From Octopus bimaculoides (taxonomy: Eukaryota), in assembly GCF_001194135.2 (NCBI RefSeq), contig NC_068981.1, positions 99,643,005 through 99,707,004 on the forward strand: a DNA stretch of 64,000 nucleotides, given 5' to 3'. Of the stretch, positions 63,678 to 64,000 are shown piece by piece. The notes beneath the pieces are model-generated. The model saw only the letters and a list, made by a program, of their open reading frames with translations. It ran no database searches and was not told where the DNA came from. The translations under genes were made by a program, and so were the position numbers. The stretch's first letter is position 1. Every line of letters starts with the position of its first letter.

Positions 63678-64000
63678 AGAGGCATCAAGCTGTTAGATCA
63701 GGTTATGAAAGTTACAGAGAGGGTCATAGCCCAACTAATTAGGGAGCGAATCAATTTAGATGAGATGCAGTTTGGGTTCGTGCCAGGTAAAAGCACTACT
63801 GATGCCTTATTTCTAGTGAGACAGTTGCAAGAGAAATACCTAGCTAAGGATAAACCTCTGTACCTGGCTTTCGTTGACATGGAGAAAGCCTTTGACAGGG
63901 TCCCCCGATCCCTTATCTGGTGGTCAATGAGGAAACTTGGGATAGAAGAATGGCTAGTGAGAGCTGTGCGAGCCATGTACAGAGATGCTGCCAGTAAGGT
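63678..64000 (+). mobile_element. RTE LINE RT region, 5'-truncated, runs off the window
   Basis: Uninterrupted frame RGIKLLDQVMKVTERVIAQLIRERINLDEMQFGFVPGKSTTDALFLVRQLQEKYLAKDKPLYLAFVDMEKAFDRVP. Confidence 0.92.

Overview
AT-rich, repeat-dense animal genomic DNA with eight N gaps. A cephalopod (Octopus-like) origin is inferred from the SINE/RTE families and microsatellite load. The only host gene I can support is a minus-strand cyclic-nucleotide-gated channel beta subunit (CNGB/tax-2-like). It contributes two in-phase exons (44750-44553 and 29092-28884) joined by a 15.5 kb GT-AG intron, so essentially the whole window is intronic. The introns hold tRNA-derived SINEs of three families, RTE-clade and older LINE remnants, five mariner-type elements, hAT- and piggyBac-type MITEs, a deleted Sola2-like transposon and several long foldback palindromes. 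The most interesting locus is a Penelope-like element (16084-17921) inserted in a SINE. Its RT core is deleted, and its two inverted terminal repeats each fuse a tRNA-derived Pol III head to a minimal hammerhead ribozyme. Two further hammerhead-like fossils occur elsewhere. Most ORFs in the supplied track are microsatellite, gap or antisense artefacts. Repeat boundaries without a TIR or TSD are approximate.
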